Part shown: piece by piece, positions 1 to 10,804 of the stretch
How positions within the stretch are numbered: position 1 is the stretch's first letter
How the letters are laid out: the number at the start of each line of letters is the position of its first letter
Source: Alphaproteobacteria bacterium
GTDB lineage: Bacteria > Pseudomonadota > Alphaproteobacteria > SP197
Assembly (NCBI GenBank): GCA_964291415.2
Contig: OZ219920.1
Coordinates: 640,001 to 704,000 of the forward strand
Direction of reading: 5' to 3'
DNA length: 64,000 nucleotides
Position numbers and translations under genes: made by a program
The notes under the pieces: generated by a model
The model's input: only the letters and a program-made list of their open reading frames with translations
What the model was told of the DNA's origin: nothing
Databases searched by the model: none

Positions 1-31
1 CGTTGTCGGCCGCATCGTGGAATTCTAAAGC

Positions 32-502
32 ATGACGCAGCCGATCAGCCTCGACGTCAACGGCACGACCTGCAGCCTCGAGGTGGGTGCGGACGAACCC
101 CTGGCGCTCGTCCTTCGCAACCGGCTCGGGCTCACGGGCGTCAAGGTTGGCTGCGGTCTCGAGCAGTGCGGCGCCTGCGCCGTGCTCGTCGACGGGGAGT
201 CCGTGCTGAGCTGTGTCGCGCCCGCGGCCGGGTTCGCCGGAAGAAAGATCGAGACGGTGGAGGGGCTGGGGAGCCCCGAGCGTCCCGGTCCGGTGCAGCA
301 GGCGCTCATCGACGCCGGGGCGGCGCAGTGCGGCTACTGCACGCCGGGACTGGTGGTCGCGATCACGGGCCTGCTGCGAAGGGAGCCCCGGCCGGACGAG
401 AACGCGATCCGTGTCGCGCTCGTGCCGCATCTCTGCCGTTGCGGTGCCCATCCCAGGGTCCTGCGCGCGGTGCGGGCGCTGGCGGCGGAGACGGCACGGT
501 GA
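32..502 (+). CDS. (2Fe-2S)-binding small subunit of a molybdenum hydroxylase (CoxS/IorA/NicA family)
   Basis: GCGLEQCGAC and QCGYCTPG...LCRCG motifs for two [2Fe-2S] clusters; stop overlaps the GTG of the next gene (GTGA 499-502). Confidence 0.93.
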   Translation: MTQPISLDVNGTTCSLEVGADEPLALVLRNRLGLTGVKVGCGLEQCGACAVLVDGESVLSCVAPAAGFAGRKIETVEGLGSPERPGPVQQALIDAGAAQCGYCTPGLVVAITGLLRREPRPDENAIRVALVPHLCRCGAHPRVLRAVRALAAETAR

Positions 503-2653
503 CGGTCAACCCGAGTCTCGCGGCCCATCCGAATGTCGAGGACTGGATTGCCGTGCGTGCGGATGGCGGTGTGGAGGTGCGCACGGGAAAGGTGGAGATC
601 GGGCAGGGAATCGACACTGCGGTGGCGCTCATCGTGGCGGACGAACTGGGGGTGCCCTTCGGCCGGGTTCTCATGACACCGGTCACCACCGGCCTCGCGC
701 CGGACGAAGGCTACACGGCGGGCAGCAGTTCGCTGGAGCATTCGGGCGAGGCACTGCGACACGCCGCCGCCACCCTTCGCAGCGAACTTCTCGGGAGGGC
801 CTCGCGGCGCCTGGACATAGAGGCCGCGGATCTCGAGACGGGGGACGGAATGGTGCGTTCGCGCGCGACCAACCGGACGATCGCCTTCGCGGAACTCGTT
901 CACGACGCGCCCGTCACGGGCCCCGTCGATCTCCGGGCGCCGACCCGTCGAGATGCCCGGCTGAGGCCGGGAGATTCAGAAGAGTTCGAGCCACTCCACA
1001 TGCGCAGGCGCGTGACCGGCACTCTCAGGTTTGTCCATGATCTTTGCCCGGAGGGTACGCTGCATGCCCGCATCGTTCGCCCGCCCCACTACCACGCCGT
1101 GCTTGCAGAACTGCCAGATGACATCCAGACGGTGCTCGGCGATGCGCGCCTCGTCCGCGACGGAAGCTTCCTTGCGGTAGCCCACGACGACGAGCACCTG
1201 GCCATCCAGGGCGCGGAACGGCTGTCGGCGGTTGCCCGGTGGTGCGCGGTGCGCGACCTCGACGAAGGGCCGATCGGGCAGCGGCTCCTTGAGAACCGCT
1301 GCGAGAGCTTTGCCGTGCAGGACGGCGTGGCGCGCAACGAACCGGTCGACACGCCGCCCTTGAGCGGACCGGGAACGATTCGGGCGACTTATGAGCGGCC
1401 GTACCAGATGCATGGGTCCCTGGCTCCGTCGGCGGCACTCGCCGTTTTCGCCGACGACCGCTTCACCGTGTGGACGCATTCCCAGGGTCCCTATCCGCTG
1501 CGCAGCGCCCTGGCCGAGGCGCTGGACTGCGATCCCGCCTCGATCACGGTGACGCACGCACCCGGGTCCGGATGCTACGGACACAACGGCGCAGACGACG
1601 CCGCGCTCGAGGCGGCGTTCATCGCCCGCGCGATTCCCGGCCGTCCCGTGCTCCTGAAGTGGTCGCGCGACGATGAACACGCATGGGAGCCCTACGGGTC
1701 CGCGATGCGGATCGAACTTTGCTGCCCGCCTTGGCCACGACGGAGCGGTGGAGGCCTGGTCGCACGAGACCTACAGCGATACCCACCTGATGCGCGCCTG
1801 GCCGGACCCTGCCCGGCCGCAGGCCGGCAAGTTCCTGGCCCCGCGCTATCGCGCAAACCCTCTGCCGGCGCCCGCGCCGACCGCGAGTCTCGGTGCCGGC
1901 GGCGGAATCCACCGCAATGCCACGCCGGCTTATGCCTTTCCGCACATGCGAATCGTCAAGCACCTCGTCCACGGACTGCCGCTCAGGGTCTCCGCTCTTC
2001 GCACCCTGGGAGCTTTTGCCAATGTCTTTGCCGCTGAATCGTTCATGGACGAGCTCGCGCACGAAACGGCCTCCGATCCGGTCTCCTACCGGCGCCGCCA
2101 CCTCGAGGACAGACGCTCCATCGACGTGCTTGACGCCGCTGCGCGGCGCTTCGGCTGGTCCGCTGGTCCGCCGGCGGAGAAGCCTGACGGCATCGGACGC
2201 GGCATGGCGCTGGCGCGTTACAGGAACACCAAGAGCTACTGTGCGGTCGCGGTCGAGGTGCGGGTGAACGACGACGCGTCGGTGGAGCTTCAACGCGCGG
2301 TCATCGCCGCGGATTCCGGCGAGATCGTCCATGCGGACGGACTTGCCGCGCAACTCGAAGGGGGATTCGTGCAGGCTGCCAGCTGGACCCTTCTCGAAGC
2401 GGTGACCTGGGACCGCGACGGCATCACCAGCCGGGACTGGCAGAGCTACCCGATCCTGCGCTTCGACAACATCCCCGAGATCGACACCGTGCTGCTGGAC
2501 CGGCCGGGCGAACCGTATCTGGGCGCCGGCGAAGCCGCCTGCGGTCCGACGGGAGCGGCGATCGCGAACGCGGTCTTCGACGCCACCGGCATCCGGGCGC
2601 GGCGCCTGCCGCTGACGCCGCAGTCGCTCCGCCAGGCCGCCTCGACAGGTTGA
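499..2653 (+). CDS. Molybdopterin-binding large subunit (xanthine oxidase family, NicB/IorB-like), split by a 1-nt frameshift near 1717-1720
   Basis: The first frame gives TGKVEIGQGI, GYTAGS, HSQGPY and SGCYGHNGADDA. At GAACTTTGCTGCC the homology moves to the next frame (AARLGHDG...LRTLGAFANVFAAESFMDELA...GAGEAACGPTGAAIANA). Removing one T restores one ORF; could be a read error or a real lesion. Confidence 0.85.
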
Positions 2654-2781
2654 TCCGGCAGGACGCACCGCGTGAGTCCACCCGACTGGCGCCACGAGGA
2701 GCATTTGGACTGCATGACCGCATCGCGTCGACGGTGTGAGGAAGTTTCCTTACGATCGTGCGGCACGAAGAAGCGCCGATC

Positions 2782-3102
2782 ATGTCGATCATCCAGGAAG
2801 TCGCAACCATGACGACGAAGGGTCAGATCACTCTGCCCAAGGCGATCCGTCAGGCGCTGGGGGTCGATGCGGGCGCCAAGGTGACGTTCAAACTCCACGA
2901 AGACGGTCGGATCATCGTCAGTCGTGCCGACGCGGAGCATGAAGATCCGGCGATCGGTGCGTTTCTCGACCCGCTCGCCGGCGATGTCCGGGCCGGCCGG
3001 CATGTTCGGGCGATTCCGGACGATTTGGCACGGGACATGCTCGAATTTGCCGGACGTCAAACGGAACCGGACGAGGAGATCGACGACGACGTCGATCTTT
3101 GA
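2782..3102 (+). CDS. prlF: PrlF (SohA)-type antitoxin, AbrB fold
   Basis: ATMTTKGQITLPKAIRQALG AbrB motif, EDPAIGAFL, acidic C-terminus; TGATG coupling to the toxin. Confidence 0.85.
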   Translation: MSIIQEVATMTTKGQITLPKAIRQALGVDAGAKVTFKLHEDGRIIVSRADAEHEDPAIGAFLDPLAGDVRAGRHVRAIPDDLARDMLEFAGRQTEPDEEIDDDVDL

Positions 3103-3529
3103 TGCAGCGGCACGGATGGACGCTGCTGTTCCACGATTGCCTCATCGACCAGCTGCGTGAGCTCCATCACGCGGTTCAACGCGCACAACGGAGTGATCCG
3201 ACGGGGTTCGCATCCAATGCGAACGTCAAGCTGTTCCACGCGTTGAGCCGACTGATGCTGGACGTCGTCCCGCAGGATCCGTCCCGGGACGAGTACCTCC
3301 AGGGCAACACGCCAGGATCGGCCGACGGTTCCGATTGTTCTTCCGCTACGATTCCAGGGCGAAGGGGATCGTCTACGCGTGGGTCAATGATCAATCCACG
3401 ATACGCGTGTCGGGAAGCAGAACCGACCCGCATACGGTCTTCGCCAGGATGCTCGCGCGCGGAACTCCGCCTGACGACCGGGCCTCATTGACGTCCGCTT
3501 CGAGGCGGAACTGGCAGTCCGAGAGATAA
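3102..3529 (+). pseudogene. yhaV: YhaV-family RNase toxin with internal deletion and frameshift at ~3312
   Basis: HGWTLLFH...NANVKLF...PQDPSRDEYLQGNT continues in another frame as IGRRFRLFFRYDSRAKGIVYAWVND. The ~10-codon segment that normally links these parts is missing. Confidence 0.8.
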
Positions 3530-3631
3530 CCGTCTTCAGATGGCGCCGGTATCGGCAGGTTCGAACCCTGCAACGACGTTGCCTCCGCCGCAGCCTCAAG
3601 GGAATCGCCCCGACGGACCGGAGGCTTGTGG

Positions 3632-4825
3632 TCAACCGGTCCTGGAATTCCCCGCTGTCTTGACCAGCAAGTCCGTGTCCGGTGAGAACCTTCCGATGAG
3701 CGGCAGCAAGGCGGCGCCGAGGACGCGCGCCTGTGGTCCGATGGAACCCATGCCGATCTCAATTGGTGAAAGACCCGTGCAGTTCATCCGGTAGAACGCA
3801 TCCTCCAGACTGTCCACGACGCGGCCGCGCCAAGCAGGATGCAGCAGTCCGTCGATGACCACTTCCTCGAAATCCACCACGCTCATCGCCGACACCACCG
3901 CGCGCGCGAGCGCGTCCACCGCGCGCTGCAGCCAGGCATCGAAGATGGCGTCGGCTCCGGGTGTGACGTGCTGATCGAACACGCTTGTCACGTCGATCCC
4001 GGCTGCGGAAAGTGCCCGTTCAAGACTGATGACCGACGCCTGATGGATGAGCTGAAGCGGGCGTCCGTCATCTCCGACTTCGTCCATCGGCATTGATCCC
4101 AGGGCGCCGGCATTGAGCTGCTCTCCGCGATGGAGACGGCCGTCGATGACCACCCCGCCTCCGACGAACGTGCCAAGGAAGATGTAGAGCGCACTGCTCC
4201 GGACAATCCGGTCCCCGGCTATCATCTCCGCGGCACAGGCTGCGGTGGCATCGTTGTACACCGACACCGACAGCCCGGTCGCGGCTTCAATCTCCGCGGC
4301 GACATCGATCTCGCGCCATGCCGCAATGACGTCGCGTTCCAGACCGAGCACGTCCGACCACTCATGCAAGACCCAGGGCATGGCAACGCCAATTCCTACG
4401 ATTCGGTCGCGCAATCCCTGGTTCAGCGAATTGATGAGTTCCATGGACGTATCCGTCGCCAGAGTCATCGTCTGATCGGGAAGAGGGGCGGGATAGGGCG
4501 TCGACCGGGAAACGACGACGTTGCCGTCGAAGTCGACCAGGAGAGCCTCGAGACTGCGGCGCCCGATCTTGACACCGATCGAATAGGCACCCTCGGGGTT
4601 CAGCGCGATGGGGGTGAAGGGTTTCCCGACCTGGCCGCGCACCTTCTCGCACTTGATCAGAAGCCCTTCGTCGAGAAGTGAGTTGACGATCACCGTCGCA
4701 GCCTGGCCGCTGAGTCCGGTGGTGCGGGCCATCTCCGCCTTCGACAGCGCACCGGACTGCCGGATCGTCGTGATCACAAGCCGCTCGTTGTAGGCCCTGA
4801 GCCCGGTCGAGTCTCCGCCTCGCAT
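3632..4825 (-). CDS. ROK-family transcriptional regulator (FrcR-like)
   Basis: N-terminal HTH LRAYNERLV...SKAEMARTTGLSGQ; ROK motifs NDATAACAAE and IFLGTFVGGG. Start placed at MRGGDS. Confidence 0.9.
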   Translation of the reverse strand: MRGGDSTGLRAYNERLVITTIRQSGALSKAEMARTTGLSGQAATVIVNSLLDEGLLIKCEKVRGQVGKPFTPIALNPEGAYSIGVKIGRRSLEALLVDFDGNVVVSRSTPYPAPLPDQTMTLATDTSMELINSLNQGLRDRIVGIGVAMPWVLHEWSDVLGLERDVIAAWREIDVAAEIEAATGLSVSVYNDATAACAAEMIAGDRIVRSSALYIFLGTFVGGGVVIDGRLHRGEQLNAGALGSMPMDEVGDDGRPLQLIHQASVISLERALSAAGIDVTSVFDQHVTPGADAIFDAWLQRAVDALARAVVSAMSVVDFEEVVIDGLLHPAWRGRVVDSLEDAFYRMNCTGLSPIEIGMGSIGPQARVLGAALLPLIGRFSPDTDLLVKTAGNSRTG

Positions 4826-5097
4826 CTCTCGTTCGTTCCCTCGAAGGCACACGGACGTACCGTTGCGCCCGCGAACTCAATCATATCCCCATATCCCGTG
4901 GCGCGACACGGCACGCCCGGTTCGACTTCATTGTGCGTCGGACGCCCTGGCATCGAGCGGACGTCGATCATGTCTCGAGCCGTGGTGCGAAAGCCGGCCG
5001 GGGGCAGGGGACGGACGTACCCCGCTCGTGCAAAAGACGAAACGTGCCGCCTTTCGCACAGAAACCGGGAGTGGGCCGATGTCGCGTGCCGCCAGAA

Positions 5098-6030
5098 TTA
5101 CAGACCGGGCAGGTCGAGACGACGGGGCAGATCCGCGCCGCGCCGCGTGCAGGTCATCGCCGCCGCCGCCGCTGCGAAGTCGACAATCCTGCGACATTCG
5201 TCCAGCGAAACATCGGCGATTCCTGGCTTCGTTGCCTTTCCCAGTTCGTCGAGACCACAAAGCAGCGCGGCCTGGAAGCTGTCGCCGGCGCCTACGGTAT
5301 CGACCACCTCGACCGTGCTGCCGGACGCTTCAAAGACCTCGCCGCGAAGCGAGACCACAGCCCCGTTGTCGCCTCGGGTGACGACAACGAGCTGCACGCC
5401 TCTGGAGCCCCAGCGGCTCATCGCGCTTTCGATGTCGTCGCCGGGAAACAGCATCTCAAGGTCCTCGTCGCTCACCTTGATCAGGTCGGCCATCTTCGAG
5501 AACTCCTCGACCCGTCGGCGCCACCGGCCCACGTTCGGTTCGATGTTCAGTCGAGGATTCGGATCGAAAGAGATCAGCCTCACCTTGTGATTCCGCAGGG
5601 CGAACTGGAGCAGCGACGAGCCCGTCGGCTCGACAACCAGGGAGTAGGATCCGAAGTGGATTGCCGCCACGGACCGTGGCAACTCGGGCAGTTCTGTTTC
5701 TCCGAGCGAACTGTCGGCCGCATCGTGGCCATAGAAGGTGTACTGAGGTACGCCGTTCAGGTCCAATCCGACAAGCGCCAGCGTCGTCTGATTCTGCTTT
5801 CTGACGAGCCAGGTGGTGTCCACTCCCTCGTCCACCAGCGTGCGCTCGAGCCGGCGACCCAGCGAGTCGCTGGACAGACCGGTGAAAAGCGCGGCGCCAC
5901 GTCCGAGGCGCGAGAGACCGACGGCAACATTGAAGGGAGATCCACCGATGCGGGCATCGAACATGAAGCCGGTGTCGGTTTCGGCCGAAGGGAAGAAGTC
6001 GAAGAGCGCTTCGCCGCAGCTCAGAAACAT
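5098..6030 (-). CDS. PfkB-family carbohydrate kinase, probable fructokinase
   Basis: CGEALFD, GGSPFNVAVGLSRLG, FDPNPR and DTVGAGDSF motifs; GAGGAG RBS upstream of ATG 6030. Confidence 0.9.
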   Translation of the reverse strand: MFLSCGEALFDFFPSAETDTGFMFDARIGGSPFNVAVGLSRLGRGAALFTGLSSDSLGRRLERTLVDEGVDTTWLVRKQNQTTLALVGLDLNGVPQYTFYGHDAADSSLGETELPELPRSVAAIHFGSYSLVVEPTGSSLLQFALRNHKVRLISFDPNPRLNIEPNVGRWRRRVEEFSKMADLIKVSDEDLEMLFPGDDIESAMSRWGSRGVQLVVVTRGDNGAVVSLRGEVFEASGSTVEVVDTVGAGDSFQAALLCGLDELGKATKPGIADVSLDECRRIVDFAAAAAAMTCTRRGADLPRRLDLPGL

Positions 6031-6327
6031 GTCACTCCTCCTCACTCACGGGCGGGTGTTCGGCCCACAAGAGGATGCGCGGGGACCAGCGATTGCCAGG
6101 TCCTCGTTCGATCCCGGCCGGTGATCGGCACAACGCTGTCGGAGTGTTCGCCTGCGAAGCTGCAGGGAACGTGGTCGTTGTATCCGTCACTCCACCCGGT
6201 TCCGTGCCTTGGCCACGCCTCGCCGTTGCAGCACTCCTGCAACAGCGCCGTGCCATCTGCGGCTGTTCCGCAGCTTCGAATCCCCAGGGGGCAGACCTGT
6301 TCGGCGTTGGCGACCGCATTGCCCTGG

Positions 6328-7797
6328 CTAGCTGGCCGTATAGTCGTGCAAGGATGCCCTGCAGCCGTCCGACCAGATCCTCGTGAGCCAGCGCTCGAAC
6401 GCGCTGGCAAACTGCGGGGCCTCGACCAGTTCGCCGTAGAATTGGCGCTGTTCCAGCCAGGCGCGCGGACGATGCCGCGCCGCTTTCGCGGCGGCCACGA
6501 GCGTGTCCCAGAACGGATCATTGGGCTCGATCACGGTGCCGTCCTCGCGCGTGCCCTCGCACATGCGTGCCCACAGCGCCTCGACCAGGGCCAGCCCTTC
6601 GACCGGCGTGCCCGCTCTGAGGCCGTCGCGGACGGTCGGCAGGACAAAGCCCGCGTGGCGCGCTGAGCCGTCGAAGGCGACGCGCCGCGTCGTATCGACG
6701 ACGGCGGGGTTCGAGAATCGTCGGGTGACCAGCTCGAGGTAATCCTCCGGCGCAAAGTCCGGAACCGGCGTGACGTGAGGCAGAATCTCCTCACGCTGCA
6801 CCTGTCTGAACATGGCGTGGATCAACGGCTCCGCCATGCAGTCCGAAACAGTCTCGACGGACAGGATTTCGCCGGGACTCGCAATGATCTGGTGACCCGC
6901 GTTGAGGATGCGGATCTTAATCGTCTCGTAGTCGTGAACCCGGTCCGAGAACGTGGCGCCGACGCGGCCCCAGTCCGGGCGCCCGGCGCAGAAGTCATCC
7001 TCGATGACCCACTGCCGGAAGCGCTCGTGTGTGACGGGAACCCTGTCGTCGATGCCGAATGTGCGAACCAGCGCAAGCTCGTTAGGGCCGGTCGCCGGGG
7101 TGATGCAGTCCACCATGGAGTTCGGAAACGTGCAGTTCGCGTCAATCCACTCGGCAAGGGCCGGATCCGAGGCCCGCGCGAGGGAGACGACGGTCCGGCG
7201 CAGCACCTCGCCGTTGCCCTGAACGTTGTCGCAACTCATTCCGGTGAAGGGGCCGATGCCCTGATCGCGTCTGGACCTGAGCGCCGCCACAATGGCTCCA
7301 AATGCCGTACGGGGGCTCTCGGGATTGGCGGCGTCGTGTTCAATGTCGGGATGCGATTCGTGAAATTCCATCGTCGCGGGATCGATGTAGTACCCGCTCT
7401 CGGTCACCGTCAGAGCGACAATTCTGATCGCGGGATCCGCCATTTGGCGGATCAGGGCGGTGTTCCCGTCCTCGACCGGCACGTAGTCGATCATCGCGCC
7501 CGGCACCTCGGCCGACGAGCCCGACGGGTCGAGCTCGATCAGCGTCGACAGGCAATTCTGCTTCAGCAGTTTCTCGCGCTGCACCGCATCGCCTGAACGG
7601 ACACCTGCGCCGATGATGGCCCAGTCGTGGTCGATGCCGAGCTCGAACAGCCGATGCAGGTACCACGCCTGGTGGGCCCGGTGGAAGTTGCCAAGCCCGA
7701 TATGGACGATGCCCGGGGTGAGCGACGCGCGATCGTAGGATGGTCGCGCAATCGACTTCGGCAGGTCGTTCAGCGTTGCGTCCGAAAGGCGAATCAC
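6328..7797 (-). CDS. mtlK: Mannitol 2-dehydrogenase (long-chain mannitol DH family)
   Basis: GIVHIGLGNFHRAHQA, SCDN, FPNSMVDCITP and KIRILNAGH motifs; lies in a polyol ABC operon. Confidence 0.9.
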   Translation of the reverse strand: MIRLSDATLNDLPKSIARPSYDRASLTPGIVHIGLGNFHRAHQAWYLHRLFELGIDHDWAIIGAGVRSGDAVQREKLLKQNCLSTLIELDPSGSSAEVPGAMIDYVPVEDGNTALIRQMADPAIRIVALTVTESGYYIDPATMEFHESHPDIEHDAANPESPRTAFGAIVAALRSRRDQGIGPFTGMSCDNVQGNGEVLRRTVVSLARASDPALAEWIDANCTFPNSMVDCITPATGPNELALVRTFGIDDRVPVTHERFRQWVIEDDFCAGRPDWGRVGATFSDRVHDYETIKIRILNAGHQIIASPGEILSVETVSDCMAEPLIHAMFRQVQREEILPHVTPVPDFAPEDYLELVTRRFSNPAVVDTTRRVAFDGSARHAGFVLPTVRDGLRAGTPVEGLALVEALWARMCEGTREDGTVIEPNDPFWDTLVAAAKAARHRPRAWLEQRQFYGELVEAPQFASAFERWLTRIWSDGCRASLHDYTAS

Positions 7798-7896
7798 GGA
7801 TGCGGCCCTCGGCAGGGCTTCCGCACACGCAATGAAGCGTCGAGATGCCCGTGGTACAGCCCGGGCCCACCGGTCATTCGACGAATCCCCCGCGCT

Positions 7897-8901
7897 TCAC
7901 GCGATACGCAGGCCCCGTTCGTCAAACCGGTGGATGTGGCCGGGATCGGGAGTCATGTAGATGGCGTCGCCGTGGTGCATGTCCACCTCGCCGCCCGAGC
8001 GCACGGTGATCGGCTCGTCGCTGCCATCCATGTGGACATGGAAGAACGTGTCCGAACCCAGATGCTCCGAGACTCCTACGCGGCCCTTCCACGTGCCCTC
8101 GCTCGGCGATGGCGTGATATGCTCCGGCCTGACGCCGATCGTCTGCGCATCGTGTTTGGCGGCCTCGGGTCCTTCCAGGAAGTTCATCCTGGGCGAACCG
8201 ATGAAGCCGGCCACGAATCTGTTCCGTGGCGCACGATAGAGTTCCAGGGGTGAGCCGACCTGTTCGATCCTTCCGGCCTGCAGGACGACGATCTTGTCGG
8301 CCATGGTCATCGCTTCCACCTGATCGTGGGTGACATAGATCATGGTCGTCTTGAGGCGCTCGTGCAGTTCGCTGATCTCGAGGCGCATGCCGACACGCAG
8401 CGCCGCATCGAGGTTTGACAGGGGCTCATCGAAGAGGAAGGCCGCGGGTTCGCGCACGATGGCGCGGCCGATGGCCACCCGCTGGCGCTGGCCGCCGGAG
8501 AGCTGGCCCGGCCGTCGATCCAGATACTCGGTGAGGTTGAGGACGGCGGCTGCCTGCTCGACGCGCCGGTCCTGCTCGGCCTTTTCGAGCTTCGCCATCC
8601 GCAACGGAAAGCTGATGTTCTTTCGGACCGTCATATGGGGATAGAGCGCATAGGACTGGAACACCATGGCGAGACCGCGCTTGGCCGGCGGCACGGCCGT
8701 CGACTCCTGGCCATCAATCCGGATCGTTCCGGAGGAAACGTCCTCAAGTCCCGCGATCAACCTCAGAAGGGTTGACTTGCCGCAACCGGATGGACCGACG
8801 AAAACGACGAACTCGCCATCCTCGATCTGAAGGTCCAGGGGCGGAATGACGGTGACATCGCCGAAACTCTTCTCCACGTTGTCGAGAACGATGTGTCCCA
8901 T
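7897..8901 (-). CDS. smoK: Polyol ABC transporter ATP-binding protein
   Basis: [22 protein letters not shown] and [12 protein letters not shown] (MalK-type). Confidence 0.92.
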   Translation of the reverse strand: MGHIVLDNVEKSFGDVTVIPPLDLQIEDGEFVVFVGPSGCGKSTLLRLIAGLEDVSSGTIRIDGQESTAVPPAKRGLAMVFQSYALYPHMTVRKNISFPLRMAKLEKAEQDRRVEQAAAVLNLTEYLDRRPGQLSGGQRQRVAIGRAIVREPAAFLFDEPLSNLDAALRVGMRLEISELHERLKTTMIYVTHDQVEAMTMADKIVVLQAGRIEQVGSPLELYRAPRNRFVAGFIGSPRMNFLEGPEAAKHDAQTIGVRPEHITPSPSEGTWKGRVGVSEHLGSDTFFHVHMDGSDEPITVRSGGEVDMHHGDAIYMTPDPGHIHRFDERGLRIA

Positions 8902-8911
8902 TTCCTTGTCC

Positions 8912-9742
8912 TCACTTCACCGCGCCGAAGGTCAGGCCGCGGACGAGTTGCTTTTGACTGAACCACCCGAGTATCAGGATCGGTGCAATGGCCATGGTCG
9001 AAGCCGCGCTCAGCTTGGCATAGAACAGGCCCTCGGGACTCGAATAGCTGGCAATGAAGGCCGTCAGCGGACCGGCCTGCGCCGCGGTGAGGTTCAGAGT
9101 CCAGAATGCCTCGTTCCAGGCCAGAATGAAGTTCAGCAGAATGGTCGATGCAATCCCCGGGATGGCCATGGGCGTCAGGACGTGAATGATCTCGCTTCGC
9201 AGCGATGCGCCGTCCATCCGCGCGGCCTCGAGAATCTCGCCTGGGATCTCCCTGAAATAGGTATAGAGCATCCAGACGATGATCGGCAGGTTGATGAGCA
9301 TCATCACGAGAACGAGCCCGGTGCGGGTGTCGAGGAGCCCCAACTCGATGAAGATCAGGTAGATCGGGTAGAGGGCTCCCACCGCCGGCAGCATCTTGGT
9401 TGACAGCATCCAGAGCAGGACGTCCTTCGTTCTCCTGGACGGCACGAAAGCCATGGACCAGGCGGCAGGGACAGCGACGACGATTCCGACAAGGGTCGAT
9501 ACCCCGGCGATGATCACCGAGTTCCAGAGAAAGCGCATGTAGTCCGAACGCTCCTGCACAACCGCGTAGTTCTCGAGCGTCCAGTCGAAGAAGAAAAAGA
9601 CCGGCGGATCGGCAATCGCCTCCGCCTCGGTCTTGAAGCTCGTCAGGATCGTCCACAGGACCGGAAAGAAGATCAGCAGGCCGATACCCCAGGCGACGGC
9701 CGTGTTGGCGATCTTGCGTTGGTTCGTGACGGTGCGGGCCAT
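8912..9742 (-). CDS. smoG: Polyol ABC transporter permease
   Basis: Hydrophobic helices, EAARMDGA loop, C-terminal [14 protein letters not shown]. Confidence 0.92.
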   Translation of the reverse strand: MARTVTNQRKIANTAVAWGIGLLIFFPVLWTILTSFKTEAEAIADPPVFFFFDWTLENYAVVQERSDYMRFLWNSVIIAGVSTLVGIVVAVPAAWSMAFVPSRRTKDVLLWMLSTKMLPAVGALYPIYLIFIELGLLDTRTGLVLVMMLINLPIIVWMLYTYFREIPGEILEAARMDGASLRSEIIHVLTPMAIPGIASTILLNFILAWNEAFWTLNLTAAQAGPLTAFIASYSSPEGLFYAKLSAASTMAIAPILILGWFSQKQLVRGLTFGAVK

Positions 9743-9754
9743 GGGCTTGTCTCC

Positions 9755-10621
9755 TCACGCGTCCAGATTCTTGCCGACAATGCGCATCAGGAAGAGCGCC
9801 ACGATGTTGGCGAGGATGATCGCATAGACGCCACCGGCCGATCCGAGACCGACATTCTGGCTCTCCAGGACACGCTGGAAGATCAGGTACGCCAGTGTTC
9901 GCGTTCCGAAGGAGCCCTGCGTCGTCACGAAGATCTCGGCAAAGATGGACAGCAGGAAGATCGTCTGGATCAACACGACAATCGTGATGGCCTGACTGAG
10001 GTGCGGCAGAATGATGTGGCCGAACCGCGCCAGCGGGGAGGCTCCGTCCATCTCCGCCGCTTCGAGCTGCTCGCTGTCGAGCGACTGTATCGCCGTCAGC
10101 AGGATCAACGTTGCGAAGGGCAGCCATTGCCACGAAACGATCATGACAATGGAGAGCATCGAGGCCTGGCTCAGCCATTCAACGGGTGCCAGACCGAAGA
10201 ACTTCCACAGGTGGGCGAACAGCCCGTTCACGGGGTCCATGAACATGTTCTTCCAGACCAGTGCCGAGACCGTCGGCATGACGAAGAACGGTGCGATCAC
10301 CAGGATCCGGACAATACCCTGTCCCCACATGGGCTGATCGAGCAGGAGCGCCAGAAGCACACCCAGGATCACCGTGATCAGGAGCACGCCGCCCACGATG
10401 AGGAGCGTTGTCTGCACGCTCGGCCAGAACGAGCTTGAGGTCACAAAACGTACGTAGTTGTCGAAACCGACCCACCCCTGATCGCCGCCGCGAAGTGGCA
10501 GATAGCGCTTGAACGAGAAGTAGAGCGTCATGGACAGGGGCACGAGCATCCAGACGAGGAGCAGGAAAACCGCAGGCGCCAACATCGCGCGGGCAGCGGA
10601 TCTGGAATGCTGGGTAGCCAC
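9755..10621 (-). CDS. smoF: Polyol ABC transporter permease
   Basis: MATQHSRSAAR start, WQWLPFATLILL, EAAEMDGA loop. Confidence 0.92.
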   Translation of the reverse strand: MATQHSRSAARAMLAPAVFLLLVWMLVPLSMTLYFSFKRYLPLRGGDQGWVGFDNYVRFVTSSSFWPSVQTTLLIVGGVLLITVILGVLLALLLDQPMWGQGIVRILVIAPFFVMPTVSALVWKNMFMDPVNGLFAHLWKFFGLAPVEWLSQASMLSIVMIVSWQWLPFATLILLTAIQSLDSEQLEAAEMDGASPLARFGHIILPHLSQAITIVVLIQTIFLLSIFAEIFVTTQGSFGTRTLAYLIFQRVLESQNVGLGSAGGVYAIILANIVALFLMRIVGKNLDA

Positions 10622-10662
10622 GACGCGTCTCCTTCCTGGGCTAGATCAAGGAGAGTCTGCGG

Positions 10663-10690
10663 CCGGAGGACAGCCGACGCTGCCCTCCGG
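10663..10690. other. Intercistronic stem-loop after the binding-protein gene
   Basis: CCGGAGGACAGC-cgac-GCTGCCCTCCGG imperfect inverted repeat between smoE and smoF. Confidence 0.5.
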
Positions 10691-10804
10691 CGCCTGAGGA
10701 TGTCTCACACCGATTCGGACCATGAGTTTCGCCTGTCGAGATCATCGATCCTCCGGGTTGCCGAACGTGAGTAATCCTCCCGGGACGTCACCCGGTGTCG
10801 CTTC

